Below, one piece after another: positions 52,012 through 64,000 of a DNA stretch of 64,000 bases. Within the stretch, counting starts at the first letter, position 1, and the number at the start of each line of letters is the position of its first letter. Location of the stretch: contig JAAOMT010000009.1 of the NCBI GenBank assembly GCA_016748015.1, positions 1,799,924-1,863,923 of the forward strand. The letters are read 5' to 3'. The notes beneath the pieces are model-generated. The model was not told the origin of the DNA. It saw nothing but the letters and a program-made list of their open reading frames with translations, and did not search any database. Source of the stretch: Geosiphon pyriformis uo1. Lineage: Eukaryota > Fungi > Glomeromycota. The translations under genes were made by a program, and so were the position numbers.

Positions 52012-52983
52012 TTAGGTATGTTTTTTTCCCACTTCAACTTTGCTGTTGATTCTCCTTGCCACCCAACTCACTAGATTGGCGGTCAATTCCGGGAATATAC
52101 CCTCGATGAGTCTGACAAATTTTCCTGAGTTTGTATAAACAATTTCTTTATCCCCTCGAACCGTTGCGTCGAACATGTCTTTTGCACACTGTTCTGAAGT
52201 CATACCTTTGTCAAGATTAAGAGGTAAAGGGTTATAACCTAAACGATTTTTATTTATTTCTGTTATTACCGCTCCGGGGTAAGCTATTGTTACGCAAATA
52301 TCGTGTTCCAAAAGTTCTGCTTGCAATGCCTCAAAAAAACCTCTGCACGCAAACTTTGAACCACTATAGCCAGTACGCAATCGAGCCCCCACAATTCCGA
52401 GCATAGATGAATTAATTAGTATACGAGATTTTGGGGTTTTCTTCAACAACGGTAAAGAATGAAAAGCCACATTGACGGATCCGAAATAATTAACCTCCAT
52501 GATCTCTCGAATAATGGACAAATCCGGAAGGCTCTCCAAAGTCTCTCCCATGGACACTCCCGCATTTAAAATTATGCAATCCAACTGGTCATAGGTATGC
52601 TCAACATTTTTTATAAGATTCTTAACTTCGTCTTCTTTGGTCACGTCAACTTTGAAGGGGAATACATCTTTTGCACCAAGTTCCTTACAAACACGGGAAA
52701 CATTCTCTAGTAATTCTGTTCTACGCCCGCACAGCACTAGCCTTGAGCCGTGTTGTGCAAACTTGTGGGCTAAAGCCTCACCAATCCCAGTTGATGCACC
52801 AGTGATAAGGACTACTTTGTTTCCTGGGTTCCACGGGGAAGCAGCTTTGCGTCTTTGCCGGCGAACCCATAAATTAACGAGATATAAAAAAGGGTAAGAA
52901 AAAGTAAAAACTAAATACAGCCACGAACTCGTCACTGTAATTAATATAAGAAATATAATGACTACAAGTATCAATAATATCAT
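52012..52983 (-). CDS. Classical short-chain dehydrogenase/reductase with N-terminal membrane anchor (11beta-HSD1/DHRS7-like)
   Basis: TGASTGIG, NAG, NYFG, YSGSK; hydrophobic N-terminus; first in-frame ATG at 52983. Confidence 0.9.
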   Translation of the reverse strand: MILLILVVIIFLILITVTSSWLYLVFTFSYPFLYLVNLWVRRQRRKAASPWNPGNKVVLITGASTGIGEALAHKFAQHGSRLVLCGRRTELLENVSRVCKELGAKDVFPFKVDVTKEDEVKNLIKNVEHTYDQLDCIILNAGVSMGETLESLPDLSIIREIMEVNYFGSVNVAFHSLPLLKKTPKSRILINSSMLGIVGARLRTGYSGSKFACRGFFEALQAELLEHDICVTIAYPGAVITEINKNRLGYNPLPLNLDKGMTSEQCAKDMFDATVRGDKEIVYTNSGKFVRLIEGIFPELTANLVSWVARRINSKVEVGKKHT

Positions 52984-53666
52984 ATTCAATTGGCAAAGTC
53001 AAGGTTTCTGCGAGATCGAGATTATCCATAAAATCTTTTTTTTATTTTATTTGGGATAACAGTTCACGCGCTTGCTACATGTGACCAGCCACCCAATATC
53101 TTAATAGATAATCTTGATAAACCAATATAATAATATTAATTTTGATTAAATGTGTATTGTAATATAAATTATTTAAAGGTAATAAATTTTGATTTGAAAA
53201 TAATAAAGTTATATAAAAAATGGTAGCAAAATTTTATTTGTAACCAAAAAATATTTAATTATTAAATACAGAGCAAAATTTCTTTAATCAAAAATTGGTT
53301 TTAACAAAATGTCCTGCATTTCCTAAAAATCCCATATTCTGATTGTTCAATAGAAAAAGCATTTACATTTCCCCTCAAGACCATTAACTTCAAACTAGGG
53401 GATCAAAATACCGAAACGATTAGGTTGCACCCTAGATTAATTAAATGGATATTATTTATTTACATGATAGGGTGTATTAATAATTTGATTGATACTAAAT
53501 TCATGAGCCTACTGCGCTAAGGAGTGAATGGATGAATGCAAAAGTAATCATAGAGGTAAAATAAAAATACAAATTATCAATGGGCTGATAGTTATTAAAA
53601 CAATTCGGTCCCAAATTAAGAAATTTTACCAAAATCGGAAGGACAAAAGAATAATTCATAAGCTTT

Positions 53667-55646
53667 TCATACAATAATACTTTCTCGTTTTATTTGGGTT
53701 CCATTGCCTTCAATAATTGGAAAATCCTGGCCGGTTGTTATGACAGAGTCAACATCCTCGTCGTCATCCTCATCTTCAATAAGTTCATCGCCACTCTCCT
53801 GTTTAATCATGGTTTCTTGGATATATTTTGAGGGCGTATCCTCATCAAGCCAACGTTGCATTACATATTTGGTACACTTTTCGGCCCCAGGAAGTTCCTG
53901 GATATATTTAGTAATTCCTAAGTGACTCAAGCCCAACATCTCGGGACCACTAGCATGAGTCTTTGAAGGAACACCCTGAATATTAATCTCATCAAGGATT
54001 TTTTTCCATACACCACTTGAGGAACTGGCGGCAAACTTTCGTCCAGGTTGGTCTTCTGCAGTCACTTGAAACTATTTTTCCATGTTTTACTAAGTGATAT
54101 CAGATAAAATAAGGTATGTGCATTTAAAGAAAATATGGGTTCTTACAATTGGATTATCACCACCATCCAAAATTTCACTTGTATATGTAGTCTTCCTTGT
54201 AACATCAACAGCACTTAGATACTGTTTTCGACTCATAAAACCAACTGGGAAAATGTACCGATTAGTGTGATATGCTTCTCGGTCCCAAACAATGTTCCCT
54301 ATGCAACATATATACGCATGGTAAAGAACTGCTTTTTTGGGATAAAACAACGCCTTAAATATCTAAGACGGAAAATACGAACCAATTTTGTATATAGTCA
54401 CTTCATTTGTTCCTTTGCCGATCGTTACAGGCAATTTGAGTGTACCATCTGGGTTCATAGGCAAAGGCTGCGCATATTGAAAAACATTATCTCACACTGT
54501 TTTTATATTCTAGAAAATAGGGAATCTTGACCCCTCATTTAAATAGTTTTGGTTTCACAAACCTCAACGCGTTTTGCATCAGTACGATCATCTCGCTTCT
54601 TTTTCTAAATTGAGATAAAAAGTTCGATTAGATACGGAAAATTTGATAAAAAAATACAATAGGTAAATTTTAGTTTACCAGGCTAGGGACACGAGTAGTT
54701 CGAGGTTTACGACGCTTCTGCATTGGTTCACCTGTAATAGACGCTCCGTCGGCCTGTGAAATAGATAACTATTGTGTGAAAAACATGGAGATAATATAAT
54801 AATTTCTAAAATAGGTTTCTTAATTACTTTGCGTTTTCCAGAATTCTTTGGCGCGGATGTTTGTAAAGATGAACGAGCTTTTCTTGATGCGAGGGATGTA
54901 GATTTTGAATTTCGCGTTAAGGATTTTGATTCTAAAAAATAAGAGCAGAAATTATTGGTAAAAAACAAAGTTTTTGGCTGTGTGACCCTAGCGTTAAATC
55001 AAAAATCACTTGATTGAGAGTTTTTATAATCAAACCATACCATACCATATCGATTTCGGTTTAGCTTTATTTCATCATCATTGTCATCATCATCATGATC
55101 ACCACCATCTTCGCTGGTTATATCAGATAAAAGGTCTTCCAAGGAAGAGCTGCTGTTAGAGTGGGATATAGAGTAAAAATAGAAGTTAATTTTTGGAGCT
55201 TGATTTGATCGACGCGATATTGAAATTTAACCCACGCAAATATTATCCGTGGATCCCGTACTTTGATAAATCTTCAACGAGACTAGGATTCCTATCCATC
55301 ATCAAGTCGAGTAAATGGCTGGAAAGTTTTGAACGCGAATTTAAGTTCGAATCAATAAATCTTGGATTTTCATTATTCCATAAAGCTATCCGTATCTATA
55401 TCACATTGGGTCTTACTTGTTCTCCTCTTTTAACCTACGCATTTTATGCTTCGTCAAGTCCAAACTATGCTTTAACTCATCACGTTGCTTTTCAAAAAAA
55501 ACCAAAATTTAACAAATATAAACAAGCTAACAGTCAAACGCGTTTTTGCAAAAAAAAATTGTGAGTCAGGTCCTCACCTTGTTAAGGTTTTCAAATTTTT
55601 CCCGAAGCCTAAAATACTTTTCTTTAAAGGATCGTGATTCGGCCAT
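53667..55646 (-). CDS. FYRN/FYRC-domain nuclear protein with N-terminal coiled coil (TBRG1-like), multi-exon
   Basis: Exon 1 MAESRSFKEKYFRLREKF; KHKMRRLKEENNHLLDL; FYRN IGNIVWDREAYHTNRYIFPVGF; FYRC SGPEMLGLSHLGITKYIQELPGAEKC. Confidence 0.8.
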
Positions 55647-57280
55647 GCTTCACAGCTTTTAGACCACCCAAAAAAGTGAGGAATTGAGTCAATAACAGCC
55701 CAGGCTCTAAGCTATTATAATAGAACCAGAAAATTTGAGCTTTATATCAACACTTTATTTATCAAATCTAATCAGAAAAGTGACGTCAATAAAAAGGTTC
55801 CAATTAATTGCTGACAAGTAAAGTTGGGGTGAGTTAAACGAGTGGTTGAAAGCCGGGGTTCTAAAAATTTGGCGAAGACAGTGTGTGAAGAAATGATTTT
55901 CTGTAGATGTTATGATGATAGAAAACTTGTCATCGGATATATTGCCTTTTTTATAGCAAGAAACGCGAGACTCCTATACTCTGAGAAAAAAGACGTTTCT
56001 TGTGATTTAGAATGTTTGGTTTTTGATATCTTGTGAGAAATCTAATTTGATCGTGATCACAGTATTTAACCACACACGCAATTACCTAGGGTCAAATGAT
56101 ATTGTCAAAGGGAAACCTTGATTTATAGAGTTTCATTCATATATCGAGGAACTTTCGATCAACATAACTCATTGTAAAAACAGAACGAAAAATTAAGTTT
56201 CTTTTTCTATCAGCCGCTGATGCAACAATATTTCTCGTAGTAACACTGTCGTTGCTCATCATTAAAAGCTAAAAAGAATATTAAAAGTGATGAAAGTAAA
56301 GAGCCAACTAATTATGATGATAGTCTAGCCGACTATGAGAATTGTTTGCGAAACGACAACGACACGTGTTTCATAATATCCTTTGCCTTTTTCTGGTTTA
56401 ATTCTCCGGGTTTATCCGGGACCCATTAATCCTTCCAGATTCTCGGTTTTCTTTATTTCTCGATTCGTATACCCTTTCCTTTGGTGTAACCCTTCTCATA
56501 ATATGAGGTCATCAGTACCAATTATAAATGGCGAGTAACATAAATTACATGATAACGAATAGCAAAGGAGGATAGATGGCCAGCGATTTTCATTTTGGCT
56601 CAATTGATCATTATCAATCTTGTCAACAAGATTTCGAGAGATGAGTACAAATATTTTGATGACATTTTAGACGAAAGATTTTGGGATTGCATTCATTCAT
56701 TTCAATCCGGTCCAGATTTTGATAAACTGGCGTCTGGGTCTTATTGGTCAAATTTCTGGCATAATGGCAGTCAAAACTAGTCTTCATGAACTGATGCGCA
56801 GGTAAAATATTAGAAGCAAAAGGGCAAGATACGCTGGAATTGAAGAAAACATAAGAAATCTCGATTTCAAAGAAATATATTAACAAAAAAATATATATAA
56901 TTATATTGTTTCTCGTTTAATAAATTTCGGTTCAAGGGGAGGTAGATAGACTGCAAAAACCGAAACAAAGAGAAACAAGAAAAATCAATTTTGTACAAAA
57001 AAGAACTTCGGTATTTTGTATAAATAAAATGAGTTCGTCCAAAAAATTGCAGTATCCACTTAAAACGATGAAAGGCTGGGTTTATGCACAATGCCTCTTA
57101 GATACATACAAAAAGCAGATATATGTACACATATAAAGACACAATGAATTATAAACATGTAGAGCAAATCAGATAACATCAAATCTTCCCTCCAAAAAAA
57201 ATTCCTTTTTTTGATAATCATCTATTTAGTTAAACGTCCTTGGGGACAAAGTTTTTTACAGTTCAATTCCCTAAATTTGT

Positions 57281-60200
57281 TTATAACTTCAATTCCCCCA
57301 GAATCTTTGAGCACATGTTCTTATATTGCCACGGATCTCCAGCAACCCGGCGGAATTGTAATCCATGAACTCCAAGTAATAAAGGGACTTTGACGATAAA
57401 AATCTCAAATCGTACCACTAGTTCAGTGACATTTGCAGTTGAGGCGATATTACTATTATCGTTACTGCTTTGACTCCGATCATTTCCAGTATTATTACCA
57501 CCATTACTAGGTGTTAAGGATAAGCGGACTTCTCCGTCTGGTGAAAAATGTAGATCTTGCCCTTGTGTATAACTGTCCTTGTAAGACGATGAAGATGTTG
57601 ATCCTGCAGAATTTGCAGAAGATACACTACCCCTCCGATCATTTCGATTATTCAAATGAGCGTGGTGATGATTGGTTGGTCCGGTTTGTGTTGAAAGGTT
57701 TTGATTGTTCTTACCTCCAGTTGTATTATTTGCATTCACAACTGATTTTAGATCAATACTTGGTATGTGAACACACTCAAATCCACCTCGACCTTCACGC
57801 CACTTCACACCGATTCGTTCCAAAACTCTGATGAGATCCTGACGGATCGTGGATGGAGGCTTTGTTGATGTTGTGGCAACACTGAAAAGACCTTTTAGAA
57901 AAACAGGTCGAATGTATGAATCAGCTTTACCCCCAGGTAAAGGAGAATGTGGGGAGGATGATGGTAGGAAGTTAAAATCATTTCCAGATGTAGTAATCTC
58001 TTGAGCTGTGGAACCTTTTCCTATTTTAGTTTTAATCAGTGAAGCTCCACTGGTGGAAGTACTACGTTGATGAAGACCTCGTCGTGGTGTTGATGTTGAA
58101 GAACTGCTTTGTGAAAAAGAACGATCGGCTGTTGAAGAGATAGATGTTGTATTTTCTACTTGCGGTAATTCACCAACAGGAACTTTGGAGCCGGGAATTT
58201 TCACACCATTGCTAAGTCGATTACCACTAATTGAATTTCTTTGTCGTTGATGTCGACGATAATCGGCTTCTGAAAGGGAGGTTGCTCTAGAAAGGATGTT
58301 GGCAAATCGCGATGAGAAATGGCCAGTTCCCTCTTTTTTAGGTCCATTAGGTGTCGAATCATGCCGACGATGTTCACTAGTTGGTCTGGGCGATGATGCT
58401 TCACTGTTGATTGGTGATATAGGAGACGATACAATGTCACGCGTTTGACCACCAATAGCTATACTAAGGCGTCTCATCAATCCTCCACTGATTGAAGAGC
58501 TACTTAATGTGCTTGATTGTTCATTGCTTTTTTTCCCAAAATTTAACTCCCCGCTGGCTTCATCCAAAAGCTCTTCTGGAATTTCGGTTTCATCAACTGC
58601 AGGGGGTACTGAAGCCATGTTAGTTAATTCGATATCGTCATTAATCCTGGATCGTGGTCTCGTACCTGGAACTGTTTTACGCCTAATAACAGGTGAATTG
58701 GAATTTGTGTTGTTAGGTATCATAGCCCCCCGTATCGTCGTATCATAGCCGTTATCATTATCACCAGAGTGCGATGGATCAGGGACAGGGATATGTGGTA
58801 TATGGATATTGCTAGTTTCCAAAAGTGATGATGAAGAACCGAACTTCGGAATATGTCCGAGTTGTAACAACCGATCCCTTTCTATTTTCTCCCTAACCAG
58901 GTAGTAAATTGATATCAAGGGATGAACGGCTTGACTAGGATCTGCTGTGATTGCCTTATCTTCATTGGTTAGACCACCTGATCCTGCCAATTTCCTCCGA
59001 TAATAATCAAGTCCACTCGGTTTTTTTTTAAGTTCATGAACACTGATACCCACTGCTTGCTGATACTGATGAATCCTTATCGAATTTTGATACGAGTCAC
59101 TCTTTATAATGTTTTCAAGTCTAGATTTAATATCTTGTTCAGTACCGAACTCGAAGCCTGTCATGCCTCGAATAACCTCAGAGTCGAGGGGAAGATTTAA
59201 CGGAGTTCTTGGAGGTAAATAATTTTCAGGGGGACCATCGTAGCCTTTTTTCATCCAAGAATGATTCATCACCTCCGTAAGTGAAGCACGGTAAACAGGA
59301 TTAGTCACAAGCATACGTGATAGCAGATGTTTACAATCTAAAAAATTTTTTGAATGAAATTGAATATAAACACAATGTAAAATCTTATAAAAAGTAAGAT
59401 TGAAAAACTAAGCTCACCACTACTCAACCATCCGGGATATTCGACAACTCCTCTCTTGATTTTAGCATGCAATGCGGGCATACTTTGATCATCGAAGGGA
59501 ACTTTACCACATACAAGAACGTAAAGTACAATCCCAAAACTCCAGACATCAACTTCAGGACCAGTGTAAAGTTTTGCGTTTAATAACTCGGGTGCTGCGA
59601 AATACAACGATCCACAGAATGTGGAAAGGTGGCCTCGCGGAGAGTATAAATTAGAAAGTCCAAAATCAATAATTTTAATCGATCCAGATTTAGATATCAA
59701 GATATTTTCGATTTTTAAATCTTTTCATTTTTTGAAGAGAAATGTTTTAGCTTTCATAAAATCATTCCTGGTAATATTCATGGTATCAATCTTTTTGGCA
59801 CAGCAAACGTACCTCGATGTACTATGGAGTTTCGATGACAGTAATCTACATATTAGAATGCATTTTATTAGGCTATCTTCTTTGCTTTTGCTAAGTGCAA
59901 TTGTTACAAGAAATTATAGTTACCTAAAGCACTCACAATCTGTCGGGAAAACTTTCTAGCATGTTTTTCTTTTAGTTTTCCATGGCTAATGATATAATCT
60001 AACATCTGACCACCATTGACATACTCAAAAAACATATAATAGTGATGGGGCAACACCATAACCTCCTTCAATTGTACAATAAAAGGATGATGAAGTAGAA
60101 GCATTATCGCAGCTTCGCGAATCGTACGGGTTTCTTTATTTTCATCTTTTGTAGCTGGATCTTTTTCTTTTGCTTCTTTTTCAGATGCAAGAACCCGTGG

Positions 60201-61309
60201 AATTATCTTTACCGCTAACTGCAAAAAAATGAACAGTATGTATATGTGAGATTTTATACAAGGAGACGCGAGAAATTTTAAATATTGTGACTAAATAGAT
60301 AGATTTATGGAATTTTTTTATGTTATAAAAGGAAGAAAATTTGTGATCATCAATTTTCCAATTTATAAATCCATAATTTCTTCATGTTTAGTTCGTATAA
60401 TTATAGAAGCCAACTTAATTATTGGGGTCATTAATCAGATAATTTAGTCACTAGACGATGATAGAATCAATCCTCGTACAAATATAGTTAAATAAATTCT
60501 CAATACGATAATTACGCCGAATACTCGCAAATCAGAAACTGAGCACATACCTTTTCGTTGGTTAGCGAATGAACGGCTAGCTTGACTTTACCCATACTCC
60601 CGGCACCCAAGGTTTTAGTTAGGGTATAATTTCCTAGTACTTTTTTGGGTTTGACCTTTACATTTTGGTTCATATTAGAGCCGTTGGAAGTCCCATTTGT
60701 TATTTCTTCCCCATTCTGATCAGAGGTAGTAATAATTGGGATAGGAGCACTGACAGAATGCGAGTTTCTTTGGTGATGCTTTGTTTTCTGTGGTTCTTGT
60801 TGTTGTTCTTGTTGTTGTTGCTGTTGTTGTTTTTGTTGTTGCGGAGAGTCTAGAGATATGAAAGCATCTGGTTTTTTAAGCATTATTGTATCAGTCAAAG
60901 GATCGCCATCTGATGGTGAGTAGACAGGTAATTCTGAAGGGATAGGGGAGTCACATAAAACGGTAGGTTCAATATGATCAACTTGCAAAAGTTGTTCATC
61001 TATGCGTGAATCTGTGAAGTTATTATCTAGATCTAGGCTGTCACTAGCAGGGTGGAATTGTTCATTATCTTCTGTTGAAGATTGAGAACCATTGCGGTTT
61101 AAACTTGTTCCAGTATTTTGTAATAAGTTCTGCTGCTCCCCATGATGATTTGTTGGAAGTGTTATATTATGTCGGTTAACAGAACGCGGCTCTTCTACAT
61201 TAAGTGTTGGGGGCAAGTCCTTGGAGATGGGATCTACAAAATAATTATTATCTATGGATACCGGAGCAACTATCGTTGCAGTCGTTGGTTGTGTTGATGG
61301 CATTTGCAT
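57281..61309 (-). CDS. KIN1: Kin1/PAR-1/MARK-family Ser/Thr kinase with C-terminal KA1 domain, multi-exon
   Basis: [68 protein letters not shown]1 [36 protein letters not shown]. Confidence 0.93.
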
Positions 61310-62419
61310 ACCACCGAGAATAAGATAGCTTGGAAAGTTGTACTGCTTTTTGCTTTGAAGTTTGAAAAAAACGAGTGTTGAAGAGTTATTCCTTGTTTCC
61401 GAAGGGTATGATATGCAAAAATTAACTGTACTGGAAAACTATCAATTCCTTCTAAAGTAGCAGAGTTTACAAATAAAAGATAACTTTGAAGAACAAGAAA
61501 AACTCGTGGAATCTTTGTTGTTTGTGAAAATGGAATTTATTTAGGAATCAAAAAAAAGTAATATAAGGCAGCGTATGAATATCGCAAAGAAAAAGTTATA
61601 CAGGGTAATGTGCTTTTCCACACTTAATAAGTTTTAGTTCAAGGGCCGGAGCAGGATTTTTTTTGAATTTTTGAATTAGAGAAGAAAATTTGGAAGGTTA
61701 TCTAAAAACATTGGGGTAACTAGTAATGGGAAGTAGAAAATTACACTCAGAAATTTGAAGTAAATGGGTAAGGAAAGTCGTGTTGATGATATGTCGCCCA
61801 ACATACCTTACAATACAAACAATCTGTTTCGGGCAACCGCTATTATCATAACAGAATCTCATACAAATATTGGCGGGCACAATGATTTGGAGGTTTCACT
61901 GAACAAAAGCCTAAATAAAAATTATTTCTATGAGGCTATGATGAAGGCTGGTAAAATTTCAAAATTCCAAAAATTATTATAACAAATATTATTATATAAT
62001 AAAAATTACAAATTAAAAAAATTTAATTAAAAAACAAATTAAATAAATAAGTAATTTAATTAATATAATTAGTTTTATAAAAATTATAATTATTAATTTT
62101 TTTTTAAAAAATTAAAAAATAATTTATATTATTAATAAAAAATAACATATTATTCTTTCTTTTTTTTATTTTATAATTATATTTAAAACAAAAAATAAAA
62201 TATTCACAATTCTTATATTTAATATTGTTTTTTTTATTTTTAATACTTAAAAAGCTTTTTCTAAAATAAAAACAACTAAATAATATTCTTTTAAAGTATT
62301 TGTTTAAATAATAAAGAAATAAAGTAGTTTTAATTATTGTAAAAACCATTAAAAATTCCAGAAATTTCATATTATAAAGATTTATAAAAGTAAACTTCTT
62401 TATTTTTTTCATCCCAAAT

Positions 62420-63236
62420 TCTTAAAAAAAAGTCATAAGTTTTTTGAAAGAAGTTTTTACAATTCAGTATGATAAATCCAAACCATTTCTGCTTGATTAC
62501 GAGACTATTGTTGGTTCCAGTATTGCTGTGATAAAGAAGTCTACCAAAGACTTTGGTGCTGATCCTGTTAGTAAGGATGTTACTTCTAGAAAAAAAAGAA
62601 AGGGTGGTGTTCTAAAAAACGGTACAGCTTAGCAAGTGGTTTTGTTTAACAAAGTGGTTGGTAGTTCTTGGGGATCTGAAGCTAGAGATATTACTGAATC
62701 CAACAGTGTAAACATGGAGGAGGAGTTTTTGATTGAGGAGATTAGTGTGGACTATGAAGAAAAGGATTTTCTAGAAGGAAAAGACATTAACCAAATACTT
62801 AAAGGGCCTAAGATAGTTACTAAGCAAGCTTTGGGCAAATCTTTGGGCAAAATTAATTTCCTGAGCAGCAATGATGATGATGATATTCTCTTGAATAGTC
62901 CTGTGGTTCTTCCTTCTCCTCTGAAAAACTTGGTCAATGTTTCTGTTAGAAAGTCTTTCACTTTGGACATCAGTTTGAACAATGTTGTTGGGAAATCTTC
63001 TTAGGAAAAACTTGTGGTAGTCAGGAAATTATTTTCAAATATCAATGGTTTTGGGGGAGCCTTTACCCTCTCAAAATTTGCTGGAATCATTAGAGCATCA
63101 TTCACTTCTGAGTTGAGTTTGGCACAAGCTTTAAAAAAGGCTGAGGATGTGAAGATCTTAGTAAATACCAATCTTAAGAAATCTTCTGAGCAATCAGATC
63201 AGGCTGTGGTGGTTAAAGAAATTTTTGTTAAAACAT
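62420..63236 (+). mobile_element. 5' part (ORF1) of another LINE copy, interrupted by an LTR
   Basis: KSFTLDISL..VVGKS, KLFSNINGFGGA, FTSELSLAQA match ORF1 at 36827-37786; the ORF breaks at TGTTAC 63237. Confidence 0.8.
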
Positions 63237-64000
63237 TGTTACCAACAGAAATCTGAGATGTTGATTAACATAATATTACCCTTATAACTTCTACCATTAA
63301 AAATTAGCATATGTTATCATTCTAATTATCATTATCATTTATCAAATTATCAAATAACACCAATCAATTAATAATCCAATTTGTACAATAAAAATTAGGA
63401 GGAAATTACACAATACCCCGAACCATTTAATATTTCAAAAGTTTGCCAAAATTTGTAAGAAATTTGCCGAAATAATTAATAGTTCACCGAAATATTCAAT
63501 AGTTCATAGAAATAACTTGTAAATTTGCCGAAATGTATCTATAGTTCATCAAAACCATAGTGAAGAAAATAGTTCAAGTTTACAGACTAGTACTACAACA
63601 AGTTGTATAAAAGAAGAGCTTTTTTCTTCAAGAAAATATATTTTACTTTAGATTTATTAATTAAAATCATTTTTATACACACAAAAACGAAATAAATATC
63701 AAATAATTCAAAAATCAAAATTCCTTAATTATTGCACTTGAAAACACTCAAAACTCAACTAACATTTCGAAATTGATTAACTACCAATTTCAATAAACTG
63801 TTAGTAACTCCAGGTCTGGACAGAAAACAATTCTCTTGACACAATCTCAATTCCTTTACATTTTTTTTATTTTTTTTTTCAATTTCTATTATAAACATTA
63901 GGGTAGCCTACAGATGAGATTCCTTTAGAAGAGTTGACTTTCACAGCAAAGTAACTACACAATTTTAGTGAGCTTCCAGATAAGCAATTCCTGAGAAAGA
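63237..64000 (+). repeat. Family C LTR (least eroded copy; runs off the window)
   Basis: Starts TGTTAC; contains short aaatttgccgaaat-type repeats and a TATAAAA box; collinear with 5228-6151. Confidence 0.75.

Noticed and set aside
56528-56780. Short plus-strand ORF (FDDILDERFWDC) between the FYR gene and KIN1
   Set aside because: Short, no credible start or homology; cannot support it.

Overview
Eukaryotic, very AT-rich fungal DNA. Spliceosomal introns and the gene and repeat content point to Glomeromycota; the repeat families resemble those I recall from Geosiphon pyriformis, which is an unverified inference. Two compartments are visible. About 2-41 kb and 62-64 kb form a CpG-depleted nest of retroelements: two full-length related Ty3/Gypsy elements (A 7186-17286 minus; B 24427-34564 plus, inserted into the RT of a LINE), an RNase H-bearing LINE (about 21810-37870 minus), a poly(A)-tailed ORF1-only non-LTR element (17672-19978), remnants of a third Gypsy/LTR family and further LINE fragments. 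About 41-62 kb is a CpG-normal gene island: an orphan coiled-coil ORF, an intronless KpsF/GutQ SIS-CBS isomerase, tRNA-Gln(TTG), SUV3 helicase, an SDR, a TBRG1-like FYRN/FYRC protein and a Kin1/MARK kinase. A decayed class I glutamine amidotransferase gene lies at the left end. The most unusual signal is the Gypsy architecture: Gag-PR-(unknown Cys-rich domain)-dUTPase-RT-RH ends in a stop, integrase is a separate ATG-initiated ORF, and a conserved non-Env ~210-aa ORF3 abuts the PPT. Also notable are the ORF1-only element that shares the LINE 3' tail and the transition-only (C>T/G>A) erosion of repeats.
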